Assembly (NCBI GenBank): GCA_965279035.1
Contig: OZ257142.1
Location: forward strand, 3,232,001-3,296,000
DNA: 64,000 nucleotides
Origin: Bacteroidia bacterium
Lineage (GTDB): Bacteria > Bacteroidota > Bacteroidia > M30B66
Direction: 5' to 3'
This document shows positions 40,466 through 49,632 of this stretch, in pieces. The position numbers were made by a program, and so were the translations under genes. Every line of letters starts with the position of its first letter. Positions within the stretch are counted from its first letter, which is position 1. A model generated the notes under the pieces. The model saw only the letters and a program-made list of their open reading frames with translations. It did not search any database and was not told the origin of the DNA.

Positions 40466-41587
40466 TTAGAAGATTTTCTCTAGAGTAGTTGAGATTTCTG
40501 TCATTGTACCTGTTACCGTTGGAACGAGTACTGCTCCATTGAATAACAATCCGCTACCTGCAGGAACAGTTACATTTACCACATTTCCATCATTGACAGC
40601 TGTGAAGCCCATTCCATTGTTGGCAGTGATATCTGCGGCGAGTCCAGCAGCTTCATCAGTTGTAGAGTCACCTCCAACTTTAGTGTAGCTTCCCATTGGG
40701 ATTTCAATTCCATTGAAACCAAGTTTCACTGTAATTGTATCTCCAGTAGCTCCTGCAGCTCCAATAATCACGAGAGCAGTTCCAGTGAATTCATCAGAAG
40801 TGTTGTCAAACCCGAAGCTCCATCCATTGTACATTGATGGGAAAACACCATTAACAACATTACCAGTTGAAGTTGCACTAACACCAGGTAAACCAAGTGC
40901 AGTAATTGCTGCGGCTAATCCAGCTGCAGCATCAACATCTGTTTCACCAGTTAGAGGAACATATCCACCAAGATCAACGATTGCACCGTTAAGGTTCAAT
41001 TGAGCCGTTGTTACAAGGCCAGGAGTTGAGCCAACAATTGCAATAGATCCAATACCACCAGAAATTACTCCTGTAGGAGCAAGTGGAACAGTAGCGCTAT
41101 AAAGAATCGTAGCAACACCATAACTTTTGATCATGATTTTACAACCGGAAACTTCGTCGCCACCTGCTTTTCCTGTACCAGTTTCAACACTGATATAAGC
41201 AGGATAAATACGATCGCCTAATTGAATTTTCTGGCCGTTAGCCGTTTCAACGATCCAAATCATTTCAACGTTCTGAGCCTTGCGAAGCATGGACAGAACT
41301 TCGGCGCGAATACCAGGAATAAAACCTTCAAAAGATTGTTCTTGATAGCGACCGTCAATTCCTCCTTTCATTGAAGACTTTAACTCACCAGATTCAAGTG
41401 AATTGTAAACACCGTAGAATCCTTTACCTGATTTAGGAATGTGAGCAGAAGAGATAGTAACTCCATCTGCACCTGGTACTTGAATAGTTGCGAGATCTCC
41501 TTTTGGAATTCCCCAAATTGTGGTACCAACACCAGGCATGTTATCGGCTCCATCTAAGGAGGCGATATCTGATAATACAACTGACAT
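40466..41587 (-). CDS. Major tail (tube) protein with duplicated C-terminal extension
   Basis: DNMPGVG..GELKS..FEGFIPG..QLGD tube-like N-terminal ~170 aa; two DxAAGLAAxI repeats. Confidence 0.65.
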   Translation of the reverse strand: MSVVLSDIASLDGADNMPGVGTTIWGIPKGDLATIQVPGADGVTISSAHIPKSGKGFYGVYNSLESGELKSSMKGGIDGRYQEQSFEGFIPGIRAEVLSMLRKAQNVEMIWIVETANGQKIQLGDRIYPAYISVETGTGKAGGDEVSGCKIMIKSYGVATILYSATVPLAPTGVISGGIGSIAIVGSTPGLVTTAQLNLNGAIVDLGGYVPLTGETDVDAAAGLAAAITALGLPGVSATSTGNVVNGVFPSMYNGWSFGFDNTSDEFTGTALVIIGAAGATGDTITVKLGFNGIEIPMGSYTKVGGDSTTDEAAGLAADITANNGMGFTAVNDGNVVNVTVPAGSGLLFNGAVLVPTVTGTMTEISTTLEKIF

Positions 41588-42018
41588 TATTTATCCTCCT
41601 CTTTTTTGAATAGACGTAAAACACCTGATTTAGTCTCAAGCAGCTCTTCAACTAGCTTGGGATCATTTTGCACATCATCGGCTGTTTTAACAAGGCCGTT
41701 GATTTTAAACTTCCGGAAGACAATTTGATACATCTCTTCACCATGTTCTACCACAGGAAGATCAGATGTTTTCGCTTTATCTTGTGTTGCAATTTTGCCA
41801 TTGAGTTGATCAATAAGCATATCACGCTCTGCAATCCCTGCTTGAAGGTCCTCAATTAAAACTGAGTTTTCAGAGTCCTTCAAACCATCAAGCTCTTTTT
41901 GAAGTTTTGCTTTTGCTTCTTGCAATTCTTCAATCTCAATTGATTGCTCAGTGATTTTTTCGTTTGCGGTTGCCAGGTCTTTTTCGAGCTGAGCAACCTT
42001 TTCTTCTAATTCTACCAT
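41587..42018 (-). CDS. Coiled-coil protein between capsid and major tail genes
   Basis: Long acidic coiled coil plus small C-terminal domain. Confidence 0.6.
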   Translation of the reverse strand: MVELEEKVAQLEKDLATANEKITEQSIEIEELQEAKAKLQKELDGLKDSENSVLIEDLQAGIAERDMLIDQLNGKIATQDKAKTSDLPVVEHGEEMYQIVFRKFKINGLVKTADDVQNDPKLVEELLETKSGVLRLFKKEEDK

Positions 42019-42027
42019 TTTACAGGA

Positions 42028-42936
42028 TTAGTTTTGGTCGTTTGTAAAAATGGCTTCTGAATCTGCATATTGGAAACCAATAGGCAGCATTACACGCACA
42101 TCAAGGAGATTCAAGCGAACTGTTGGATAGAATTCAACTGAATCTGTGTCCATTCCGCAGTGAAGATTATCACCTGCAGTTAAGATCAAACGTTGAGATG
42201 TTCCCATCCAGCTACGAGCTACGAGACGGCAATTAGTACCATCAAGGGTATATTCACCTTTTTCATTTTTATCGAAAGCAAAACCATTCAAATTACGATA
42301 GTGCTTGCGATACAATGCCAAAACAGCATGAGAGCAAAAAATCACTGACTCTGCTCCTTCTTCTTTCATCCAGCTTGGGGCTGAATCATACATCAATTCA
42401 ACTTTATCAACTGCATTACTTGAAGTGATTGCACCTGTTACGATTGGAACAATGTCAGTATCAGCATCAATCAAAGTTCCAATACCAGTTGCAATTGCAG
42501 CTGTAGTTGAACCAGATGCATTGTAAACACCATCCAAAACAACTTCATCATTGATTTTAGCCAAGTATTGTTTACTGATCTGATCAACGATGTATTGATA
42601 GAATGGAATCTTGTTCGGATCCAAACGACCTTCTTCAACTTGAGCTAGGTAGGTACCACGATACTTCTCAGGATCGATTGGGGGAAAATCCCACTTAGAT
42701 TGATAAACTGTCAATAATCGATCAGAAAACTTGATTGCATTACCTGCAGAATCAACTTGCTCACGATATGGACGAGGCCCCCCTACAATGCTCAATTTTG
42801 GCAAAGGAACGGGTATTTTTACGCGTGTCATCAAAACAAAATCTGTTTTGAAAGTGGCCACATTTACACGCTTGCGGAAGATTTTACCACCGAATTTTGA
42901 AATCGAGGTGGTTATCTCGGTGAGGTCTAATGCCAT
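42028..42936 (-). CDS. Major capsid protein
   Basis: 302 aa directly after the S49 protease; GAITSSNAVD..; GFQY at C-terminus. Confidence 0.75.
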   Translation of the reverse strand: MALDLTEITTSISKFGGKIFRKRVNVATFKTDFVLMTRVKIPVPLPKLSIVGGPRPYREQVDSAGNAIKFSDRLLTVYQSKWDFPPIDPEKYRGTYLAQVEEGRLDPNKIPFYQYIVDQISKQYLAKINDEVVLDGVYNASGSTTAAIATGIGTLIDADTDIVPIVTGAITSSNAVDKVELMYDSAPSWMKEEGAESVIFCSHAVLALYRKHYRNLNGFAFDKNEKGEYTLDGTNCRLVARSWMGTSQRLILTAGDNLHCGMDTDSVEFYPTVRLNLLDVRVMLPIGFQYADSEAIFTNDQN

Positions 42937-42938
42937 GT

Positions 42939-44243
42939 TTATTTAATTGAATTTTTAGCAAGTTCACGAGCTTCAAGATCAACAGAACTCAAACCTTCTT
43001 CAGGTTCTGGTTCATCGATTTTATCAGCAGCTTTTTTAATAGGTGAGTTTGATCCTGCACCAGGTTGATTCTGCAAATCAGCCAATGCTTTTGTAACAGT
43101 TGCAATGGTAGAATCGCGCTCTGTAACTGTTGCCTTAACAGTTTCCAATTCTTGGCTCAGCTGAGCATTCTGAGCAGCAATGCTGTTAAGCTTTGCCAGG
43201 TTTTCTTCAGTAGCATCGAACTCAAGAGTTTCCTGACCGGCTTCTGGTTTTAAACCCAGAATAGCGGCTAAGGCTGCAAGAGTCGCGCTGAACGAGATTT
43301 TCTTCATTTCGTCTTTAGCTTTTGGTTTGGTGGATTTGCTGCTTGGGTTTCCTGCAGCGAAGGAATTGATCACTTCGTCTAAAGTGGCAATGCTATCAAT
43401 CAAGCCTACCTTTAAAGCTTTTTCAGCCATAAAGAGCGCTCCTTTCATGGGATCGCCGGCTTTATAATTCAGTTTTTCTCCTCTATTTTTCTCCACATTG
43501 GCAATGAATTCATCGGCAATTGGATCAAGAATTTCGGTTATAAGCAATTCATCTTTGCCATCAAGAGCTTCACGAACTGGAAGATTTTTCTCTGAAGAGC
43601 GGGAAGAGTAGATACTACGAATTGAGATTCCCTCCTTTTCCTTCATGTATTTTTCAACGTCCATGATCTGGACGAATACACCAATTGAACCTATGCTATC
43701 AGTTTTGGAAGAGGAAACAATTTCAGTGCTTCCAGAAATTGCCCAATAAGCAGCACTAGCTGCCATTCCTGAACTGATAAAAGCTTTGATTGGCTTTTCT
43801 TTAGCAAAATCCTCAATTTCCTGAGAAAGCGTTGAAGTTCCATCGACTTGGCCACCTGGTGAATCGGTTACCATTATAGCGCCAATGATGTTTTCAGAAA
43901 GTCGAGCCTGGCGGATCCAACTTGAAATAGTTTCGGTACCAACAGGACCACAAAACTGATCTTCTTTTAAAAGCGTGCCTTTTAGTGGAATGATTGCAAC
44001 TGAACCATTAGGAGCATCATCAAATCGATTTCCTGATTGTGATGCTGCAGCAGAGATAATAGATGAGCCGGAAATCCCTGCTCCTATTACAGCAAATCTT
44101 GGTTGAAATGCAGCTTTATCGAAAGCCTGTAGCTCTTTCCCAGATAACAGATCTTCAATGAGTCTGATTTGAGATTGGGCGAATGATGGTTCAACCATCC
44201 AAAGGCCGCGGGAAAGTGCATGAAAAAGGGAAATCCGGCTCAT
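42939..44243 (-). CDS. S49 (SppA-like) prohead protease fused to scaffold
   Basis: DSPGG; AASAAYW; GSIGV; A.KVGLID; C-terminal coiled coil after an internal MKKISF. Confidence 0.88.
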   Translation of the reverse strand: MSRISLFHALSRGLWMVEPSFAQSQIRLIEDLLSGKELQAFDKAAFQPRFAVIGAGISGSSIISAAASQSGNRFDDAPNGSVAIIPLKGTLLKEDQFCGPVGTETISSWIRQARLSENIIGAIMVTDSPGGQVDGTSTLSQEIEDFAKEKPIKAFISSGMAASAAYWAISGSTEIVSSSKTDSIGSIGVFVQIMDVEKYMKEKEGISIRSIYSSRSSEKNLPVREALDGKDELLITEILDPIADEFIANVEKNRGEKLNYKAGDPMKGALFMAEKALKVGLIDSIATLDEVINSFAAGNPSSKSTKPKAKDEMKKISFSATLAALAAILGLKPEAGQETLEFDATEENLAKLNSIAAQNAQLSQELETVKATVTERDSTIATVTKALADLQNQPGAGSNSPIKKAADKIDEPEPEEGLSSVDLEARELAKNSIK

Positions 44244-44262
44244 TCTAATAGAAAGGAGGATA

Positions 44263-44297
44263 CAATAATCCCCTTACTATTTGGCTCTAGAAAGGAC
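44263..44297 (-). promoter_or_regulatory. Putative late promoter GTCCTTT-N20-GATTATTG (head operon)
   Basis: Same motif and spacing as the other three copies. Confidence 0.65.
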
Positions 44298-44298
44298 G

Positions 44299-44799
44299 TT
44301 ATTCTTCTGTTACTAAACAGAAAGCTGCTGGATCTTTAGAGGTTTGAATGATAGAAAGCTCATATTGATTTCTATCATCAGGCGTTGGACCATTCGACCT
44401 GTTGAACATTAATACTGCAGGTTCGGTCTTACTTCCGAATACAATCGCATTCTCATTTCTATCAATCAATAGTACAACCGCTCTTTTGTTGTTCCAGGCG
44501 CGAAGTGTTTTAAAAACTTCAAGGCGATCTTTTGAAACAATTCCAGAGATAGACTTCTTGAATGCATCATCTCCTGCAACCATAACAGCATCCTCTTTAA
44601 AAATAAGTGTGTCCATGGTAAATTCGATTTTCTTAAAAATCGAAAGGTGAACAAGGGTATCAGAAATTGAACTTGTATCAAAGTGAGATACAAAATCATC
44701 TTTGATTGTTAAAGCTGGAGCTTCATCAGGTGATACCAAGTAAAGCGTGCGAATAAAGCCGCTGAAGTTATCAAGTCCTTCGTGAATGATATCGTTCAT
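44299..44799 (-). CDS. Phage hypothetical/structural protein
   Basis: DNFSGFI..LLIDRN..FGSK..P; weak resemblance to the tail-tube N-terminus. Confidence 0.6.
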   Translation of the reverse strand: MNDIIHEGLDNFSGFIRTLYLVSPDEAPALTIKDDFVSHFDTSSISDTLVHLSIFKKIEFTMDTLIFKEDAVMVAGDDAFKKSISGIVSKDRLEVFKTLRAWNNKRAVVLLIDRNENAIVFGSKTEPAVLMFNRSNGPTPDDRNQYELSIIQTSKDPAAFCLVTEE

Positions 44800-44838
44800 A
44801 ATTGATATTCAATTGTTTGGAGTGTTTCAGTATCACTC

Positions 44839-44878
44839 AGTGACAACTAGTGACAGTTAGTGACAAGTAGTAACAAAA
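44839..44878. repeat. Four 10-bp phased repeats AGTGACAnnT
   Basis: AGTGACAACT AGTGACAGTT AGTGACAAGT AGTAACAAAA. Confidence 0.85.
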
Positions 44879-44888
44879 GTGCCTGAAA

Positions 44889-45308
44889 TTATTTTTGTTT
44901 TTTTCGGTAACGGAAATAGGCTTGTTTCCACATCTCATAATCAGTAACCAGAGTTAAATTGTATCGTTCCATGAAAGCAAGAATACAGAGTTTTAATTCT
45001 CCCTTGCGTTGAAGTGTAACAGTTAGGTGCATGAAAAGTAGATCCTTCAGATGGCCATTGATAATGTCCTGAGCATACTTTCTGCTTTTTTCAGAAATAA
45101 AGATTCGATTATCATTTACAAATTGATCTGGTAATGTGACTAAAACACCAGTAGGATTGTCAATAAGTATTTCACCTGGTCCAGGTTGTTTGAATTGAGA
45201 AAATATAAATAGTGAAACCTTATCGCTCTGTTTGAAAGTTAAATTATCACGATAAACTTCACGCAAGTATGCATCGGCAACGGGGCCAAATGATATTCTG
45301 ATTTTCAT
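44889..45308 (-). CDS. Putative late-gene transcriptional regulator
   Basis: Sits at the early/late boundary; basic C-terminus YEMWKQAYFRYRKK. Confidence 0.45.
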   Translation of the reverse strand: MKIRISFGPVADAYLREVYRDNLTFKQSDKVSLFIFSQFKQPGPGEILIDNPTGVLVTLPDQFVNDNRIFISEKSRKYAQDIINGHLKDLLFMHLTVTLQRKGELKLCILAFMERYNLTLVTDYEMWKQAYFRYRKKQK

Positions 45309-45391
45309 CCAATAAGGTTAGTAGGTTGTCTTAAGGTGAAAACTAAATTACGAGCTGTGACAACTATTATTTACAAAAGAAAATATAATTG

Positions 45392-45733
45392 TCAACAAGA
45401 ACGAATAAATCTATCATTATCGCCGTTGAATAATTGATTATAAAAAAGCCAAAGGTAAGGCTCTGACTCTGCGAGAGCTGCAAGATTAATTCCATTGGCC
45501 ATTATTCTTAAAGCTGCAAGCTCGTGGGGTTTTAATGAAATTTTTTTATCCTTAAATTTATTAGCAAATTGTAATCTATAAAATCTTAGATTAAGAGAAT
45601 TCAAACTTGCTTCTGTTAAAATTTTAACTTCTGGAATTCTAATTAATGAAATATCGAAATTTACAATCAATGAATAGATTCTATTTGCTTGATTTAGATT
45701 ATTTATTGTAATATAAAGTTTCGGATTTTTCAT
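45392..45733 (-). CDS. Hypothetical protein
   Basis: 113-aa ORF. Confidence 0.55.
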   Translation of the reverse strand: MKNPKLYITINNLNQANRIYSLIVNFDISLIRIPEVKILTEASLNSLNLRFYRLQFANKFKDKKISLKPHELAALRIMANGINLAALAESEPYLWLFYNQLFNGDNDRFIRSC

Positions 45734-46713
45734 AAAACCTTATTCATAATTTTATCAAAATCTGACTTAGATAATCTTGTGAATGTTGATTTAATAATGT
45801 TATTTTCATAACCAATAAAAATTCCATTTCCAAGTTGTTTTAAATCAAAATATCTTACTTTAAAATCTCTTAAAACATTAAAGGCACTTGGAATTAATTT
45901 AATAAACCTATCATCTTCAGTATCTCTTGTTATTATTACAAAATTTACAGAGGTTTTATTTTCATCTGTTTTAAACAAAATAATATCACCATAAACTCTC
46001 TCGTTTTCTTTATTTGTATAAGAAAAAACAATATCATTTTTAATCTTAAAATATTGAATATTCTTCATATTTGTTTCTTTATAATCCGTTTCAACCATCC
46101 AATAATCATTTAGAAATTCAGAATTATGAATGGCTAATTTATTTACATAAAAATTAATGGATTCAGAATAATCTTTTTGAATTTTCGCATTCTCAGTAAA
46201 TAGTTTTTCATAATTATTTCTAAATTCGGTTTCGCGACCAATTGCAGCAACATATTCACTTTTTCGTTTATCAAGAATTTTACGATCCTCAAGCATTACT
46301 TCAATTGGTATAACCAAGCCCTTATCTTTAATATTTTTAGCAATTCTATTATCTCTCAAAAACTTAGCATGTTCAAAAATATAGCCTCTATAACCAATAA
46401 GAATGTATGGGAAGATCACAAATTGATAAAGTGAAGCAATTACAAATGGAAAAAAATATAATCTGCCAAATCCATTATAATTAAGCGCTTCAAACACATA
46501 AGCTATTCTTGAACTACAGCCGCATTTAACAATAAAATAATCACTTTCAATAAATAATGCAGCTATAACATTCCAATTAAGAAATACCCATGATATAAGA
46601 AGAGTTGAAAAAAATGGGTTTTTGAATCTATCTTTCAAATCAATAAAAAAGTCTTTCATATTATACATTTTAGCAATAATAAGTAAATTTTGAACGTAGC
46701 TTGAAAAATTCAA
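45730..46713 (-). CDS. AT-rich membrane + coiled-coil moron protein
   Basis: DRFKNPFFSTLLISWVFLNW, two TM segments, coiled coil, beta-rich C-terminus. Confidence 0.65.
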   Translation of the reverse strand: MNFSSYVQNLLIIAKMYNMKDFFIDLKDRFKNPFFSTLLISWVFLNWNVIAALFIESDYFIVKCGCSSRIAYVFEALNYNGFGRLYFFPFVIASLYQFVIFPYILIGYRGYIFEHAKFLRDNRIAKNIKDKGLVIPIEVMLEDRKILDKRKSEYVAAIGRETEFRNNYEKLFTENAKIQKDYSESINFYVNKLAIHNSEFLNDYWMVETDYKETNMKNIQYFKIKNDIVFSYTNKENERVYGDIILFKTDENKTSVNFVIITRDTEDDRFIKLIPSAFNVLRDFKVRYFDLKQLGNGIFIGYENNIIKSTFTRLSKSDFDKIMNKVL

Positions 46714-46728
46714 TACTCAATTAACTAA

Positions 46729-47154
46729 TCAATTATTCTGAGTTGTATCCGTTGTATGCCCTCCTTCAGTATGATCTGCATCAATTTTACTATCTAGTAG
46801 CTCTGACATTTCCATCAGAGATAAAGAAAGGTGTGTTGATGTTTCTGCAAGCATTCGCATCATATTCGAAGTATTTTGAACTTTGAATATTTGAGCATTT
46901 CTTTTACCTCCAAAATCCTCTTGTAATCGCGCTTTAATTTTAATTTGTTCACCATCAAATTTAGCGCATGAATATGAGGGCGAAAGAGAAAGTAAATATT
47001 CTGTAAATCGAGGCTCATGTAATACTATACATCCAGCTATATCATGCTTTTCAAGGACCTTTTTAATTTCGGCCATTGCTTTTTTTAGTTTAGGAGAATA
47101 TTGCATTTGTTTGTTTTTAGTTGTTTTAATATTAGAAAATATACGATATTTCAT
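46729..47154 (-). CDS. Phage hypothetical protein (likely start MQYSPKL)
   Basis: LKKAMAEIKKVLEKHDIAG..LHEP. Confidence 0.6.
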   Translation of the reverse strand: MKYRIFSNIKTTKNKQMQYSPKLKKAMAEIKKVLEKHDIAGCIVLHEPRFTEYLLSLSPSYSCAKFDGEQIKIKARLQEDFGGKRNAQIFKVQNTSNMMRMLAETSTHLSLSLMEMSELLDSKIDADHTEGGHTTDTTQNN

Positions 47155-47169
47155 TACGTATATTTGTCA

Positions 47170-47481
47170 TTAAAGGGCATTAAACTCAGCAACAGTAGTA
47201 TCTCGTCCTTTTATAATTTCTTCCTTTAAATACGATACTAACACATCACTTAAAACCATTGGTATTGGTTGTTGTTCCCTACCATCTGGACCATCAAACT
47301 CAATGATTAGTCTTGGATTTGTTGAAGCGCCACCATACTCTTTTTCCCACTCAAAGCATCTCAATGTTTGTTGATATTCTTTGATCATTTTATTAAGCTC
47401 ATTGGCTTTTTCTAAAGTAGTTACATCCATTTTAGTTGTATTTAGATTGATTAATTTGTTGAATTCCATCCCTGATATCAA
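47170..47481 (-). CDS. Phage hypothetical protein
   Basis: Early-operon ORF, likely start MDVTTLEKAN. Confidence 0.55.
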   Translation of the reverse strand: MISGMEFNKLINLNTTKMDVTTLEKANELNKMIKEYQQTLRCFEWEKEYGGASTNPRLIIEFDGPDGREQQPIPMVLSDVLVSYLKEEIIKGRDTTVAEFNAL

Positions 47482-47692
47482 GGATTAACTTTCTTGTTTC
47501 ATTTGGTAGCATTAGAAATTTATCCATTGGTAATTCAACCAAGTTTAAATCGATATTAAATTCATTTATTGCTTTACAATAGAAACAAATTGAAATATCA
47601 CCAGCCTTCGGAGTTTTATCGTTTAAAACATCAGTAACACCATCAACTAATCTTTTACATTTTGGGCAGATACTATGTAAATAATGGCTCAT
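47432..47692 (-). CDS. Small zinc-ribbon protein
   Basis: CPKC..PKAGDISICFYC. Confidence 0.6.
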   Translation of the reverse strand: MSHYLHSICPKCKRLVDGVTDVLNDKTPKAGDISICFYCKAINEFNIDLNLVELPMDKFLMLPNETRKLILDIRDGIQQINQSKYN

Positions 47693-48072
47693 GCTGCAGG
47701 TTGTTTTTCGATGAGTGAAAGCAGATGCTGAGCATAGTTTTGAATTCCCTCTGGAAGCTTGTTTAGCCGAACACGATTCCCTTGGAATTTCAAAATCTCA
47801 CAGTGTGGATATGGGCGGCGATTATCATAGAGAATCGCTTGTTGAATCATTCCCAAATTATCTTCTAGGTAATTGAGAAGATCTTGAAGCTGCTCTAGCA
47901 CATTCTCGGATGTTTGCTCGTCAACTCGGAAATCACCACGAATTGTTTGAGGATTACTCAACCGGCGCTCTGCCCAGCGATGCCAGCAGATTCGAACAGT
48001 GAACCAAGCAATGTCTCTGTTTTTCTTGGTTTTGGCTTTTACAGCAGTTGTAAATTCAGTTTGTTGTTTCAT
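47689..48072 (-). CDS. Phage hypothetical protein
   Basis: 127-aa ORF downstream of the putative origin. Confidence 0.6.
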   Translation of the reverse strand: MKQQTEFTTAVKAKTKKNRDIAWFTVRICWHRWAERRLSNPQTIRGDFRVDEQTSENVLEQLQDLLNYLEDNLGMIQQAILYDNRRPYPHCEILKFQGNRVRLNKLPEGIQNYAQHLLSLIEKQPAA

Positions 48073-48176
48073 TTGATTATCAAAGGGTTACGAATTGTTA
48101 ACAGTTCTGAAAGGCGCGCCGCCATTGGATTTGTCAATAAAAAAAGTTTTCAACAGCCCGTTAGTGCTAAGAAGTA

Positions 48177-48208
48177 AGCTTATTAGCTTATTTAGCTTAT
48201 TAGCTTAT
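48177..48208. repeat. Four tandem AGCTTAT(T) repeats, iteron-like
   Basis: AGCTTATT AGCTTATTT AGCTTATT AGCTTAT, just 3' of the rep-like gene. Confidence 0.75.
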
Positions 48209-48273
48209 ATCTAACACTCATCCTGAACATTGCTTGTATCTTCCTATGGGTTGGTGCAAATATTTTCGATTCA

Positions 48274-49089
48274 TTAGAAGGCAGGGCAAATGCGGTCGCA
48301 CAAACGCAGGAAGGTTCGGTTCTTTTTTCTGTTGAAGTTGACGGTACCACAACTCATTTTACGGGCTCGATGTGGGCTCTCAAATGAACGTTTCTCGATA
48401 GAGACAACTCCGAGCTTAGCCAATATTTTCTTTCGATAAGATGGCCCAGAAAGGCTATTCTCGCCATAGCCAAAGAACTTCCTGAGGTAATTGACGCTTA
48501 CTTGATCGTCTGGATTAAGATGAGATAGGGTTGTTACTTCTCCTTCGTTGTAACCGCCACGAACAAAACTCTGAATAACACCCGCAAGATGCTCTTGCGC
48601 AGTGATGGATTGTTTTGAATCAATCCCAAGGATATTTTTCAGTGCAAATTCATGACCCGCATCATCTCTTAATTTTAAGCGATAAGTAGTCATCATTTTC
48701 AATTGGACTTCTTTTATGGCCAGGAACTGGAATATATAGTCCAGTTTGCATTTGATTTTGTCAGCATCATAGTACCAGAATTTTTTACGTGTTTTATCTA
48801 AATCGAATTTGTCAAAGACAAAATCCCAACTACTTAGAATTAAATCAGAACCTTCGATTTTAACGAGACCAGCCAGCTTCATTTCACTGATCCTGGTCTC
48901 TAATGTTCGTGTTGAAATTTTGCAAGCTTCAGCTAGTTCAGAAAGATTCTTGCGGTATGCATTAAATCGTGACGAACTGTCTAGAGATTTAAGTTGAGAA
49001 AAGCATGCAAAAACCCGAATATATCCACGGTGATTCGCAATGGCAGAAGCCAAACCACGGGGTATTTTTATTTTCGGATTTTTTTTCAT
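48274..49089 (-). CDS. Putative replication initiator (tandem winged-helix)
   Basis: LSELAEACKISTRTLETRISEMKLAGLV wHTH and a second HTH-like segment; very basic; adjacent repeats. Confidence 0.6.
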   Translation of the reverse strand: MKKNPKIKIPRGLASAIANHRGYIRVFACFSQLKSLDSSSRFNAYRKNLSELAEACKISTRTLETRISEMKLAGLVKIEGSDLILSSWDFVFDKFDLDKTRKKFWYYDADKIKCKLDYIFQFLAIKEVQLKMMTTYRLKLRDDAGHEFALKNILGIDSKQSITAQEHLAGVIQSFVRGGYNEGEVTTLSHLNPDDQVSVNYLRKFFGYGENSLSGPSYRKKILAKLGVVSIEKRSFESPHRARKMSCGTVNFNRKKNRTFLRLCDRICPAF

Positions 49090-49244
49090 TTTTCCTTAAA
49101 ATAAATTTGGTCGGAAACTGAATTTCATACTATATTTACTTGCCCAAAAACTATTCGCAACACAAATGCATTGCGGGGCAAAAAGAAAAATAACACCCAT
49201 AACGGGCGAAGCATCTAAGAGCCTCGTCAGAGTTATTCTTTCCA

Positions 49245-49538
49245 TCAGATTTGTTTTATGAAGTCTTGGCCGCGAATAGAATCAAAGAGCTCGTCTCGTT
49301 GATTTAAAAGTCTTTTGCGTTGATTGATCAATTCATCAAACTGAATTGATTTGGGGGCCTCTGGAAGTATCTGATCAATTAATGTGATTTTATTTTTCAC
49401 ACAACCGAGGATATCATTTATCTCTTGTGCAGAACAATTAATGTGATAATCGCCCTTATTGCTTGTTATCCTCATGGCTTTAACCTTTTTAGAAGCGAAA
49501 CAATAATTGCCAGGACAACAAGTGGCCAGACTATGCAA
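49245..49538 (-). CDS. Hypothetical protein (likely start MRITSNK)
   Basis: Early-operon ORF. Confidence 0.45.
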   Translation of the reverse strand: MHSLATCCPGNYCFASKKVKAMRITSNKGDYHINCSAQEINDILGCVKNKITLIDQILPEAPKSIQFDELINQRKRLLNQRDELFDSIRGQDFIKQI

Positions 49539-49632
49539 ACGATGGCGATAGAAAAAACAAAATTGTTTTTACCACACAGAAAATAGGATGCAATTAATAG
49601 CGTCAATAAATCGAGATATGAACTAATCCAAT

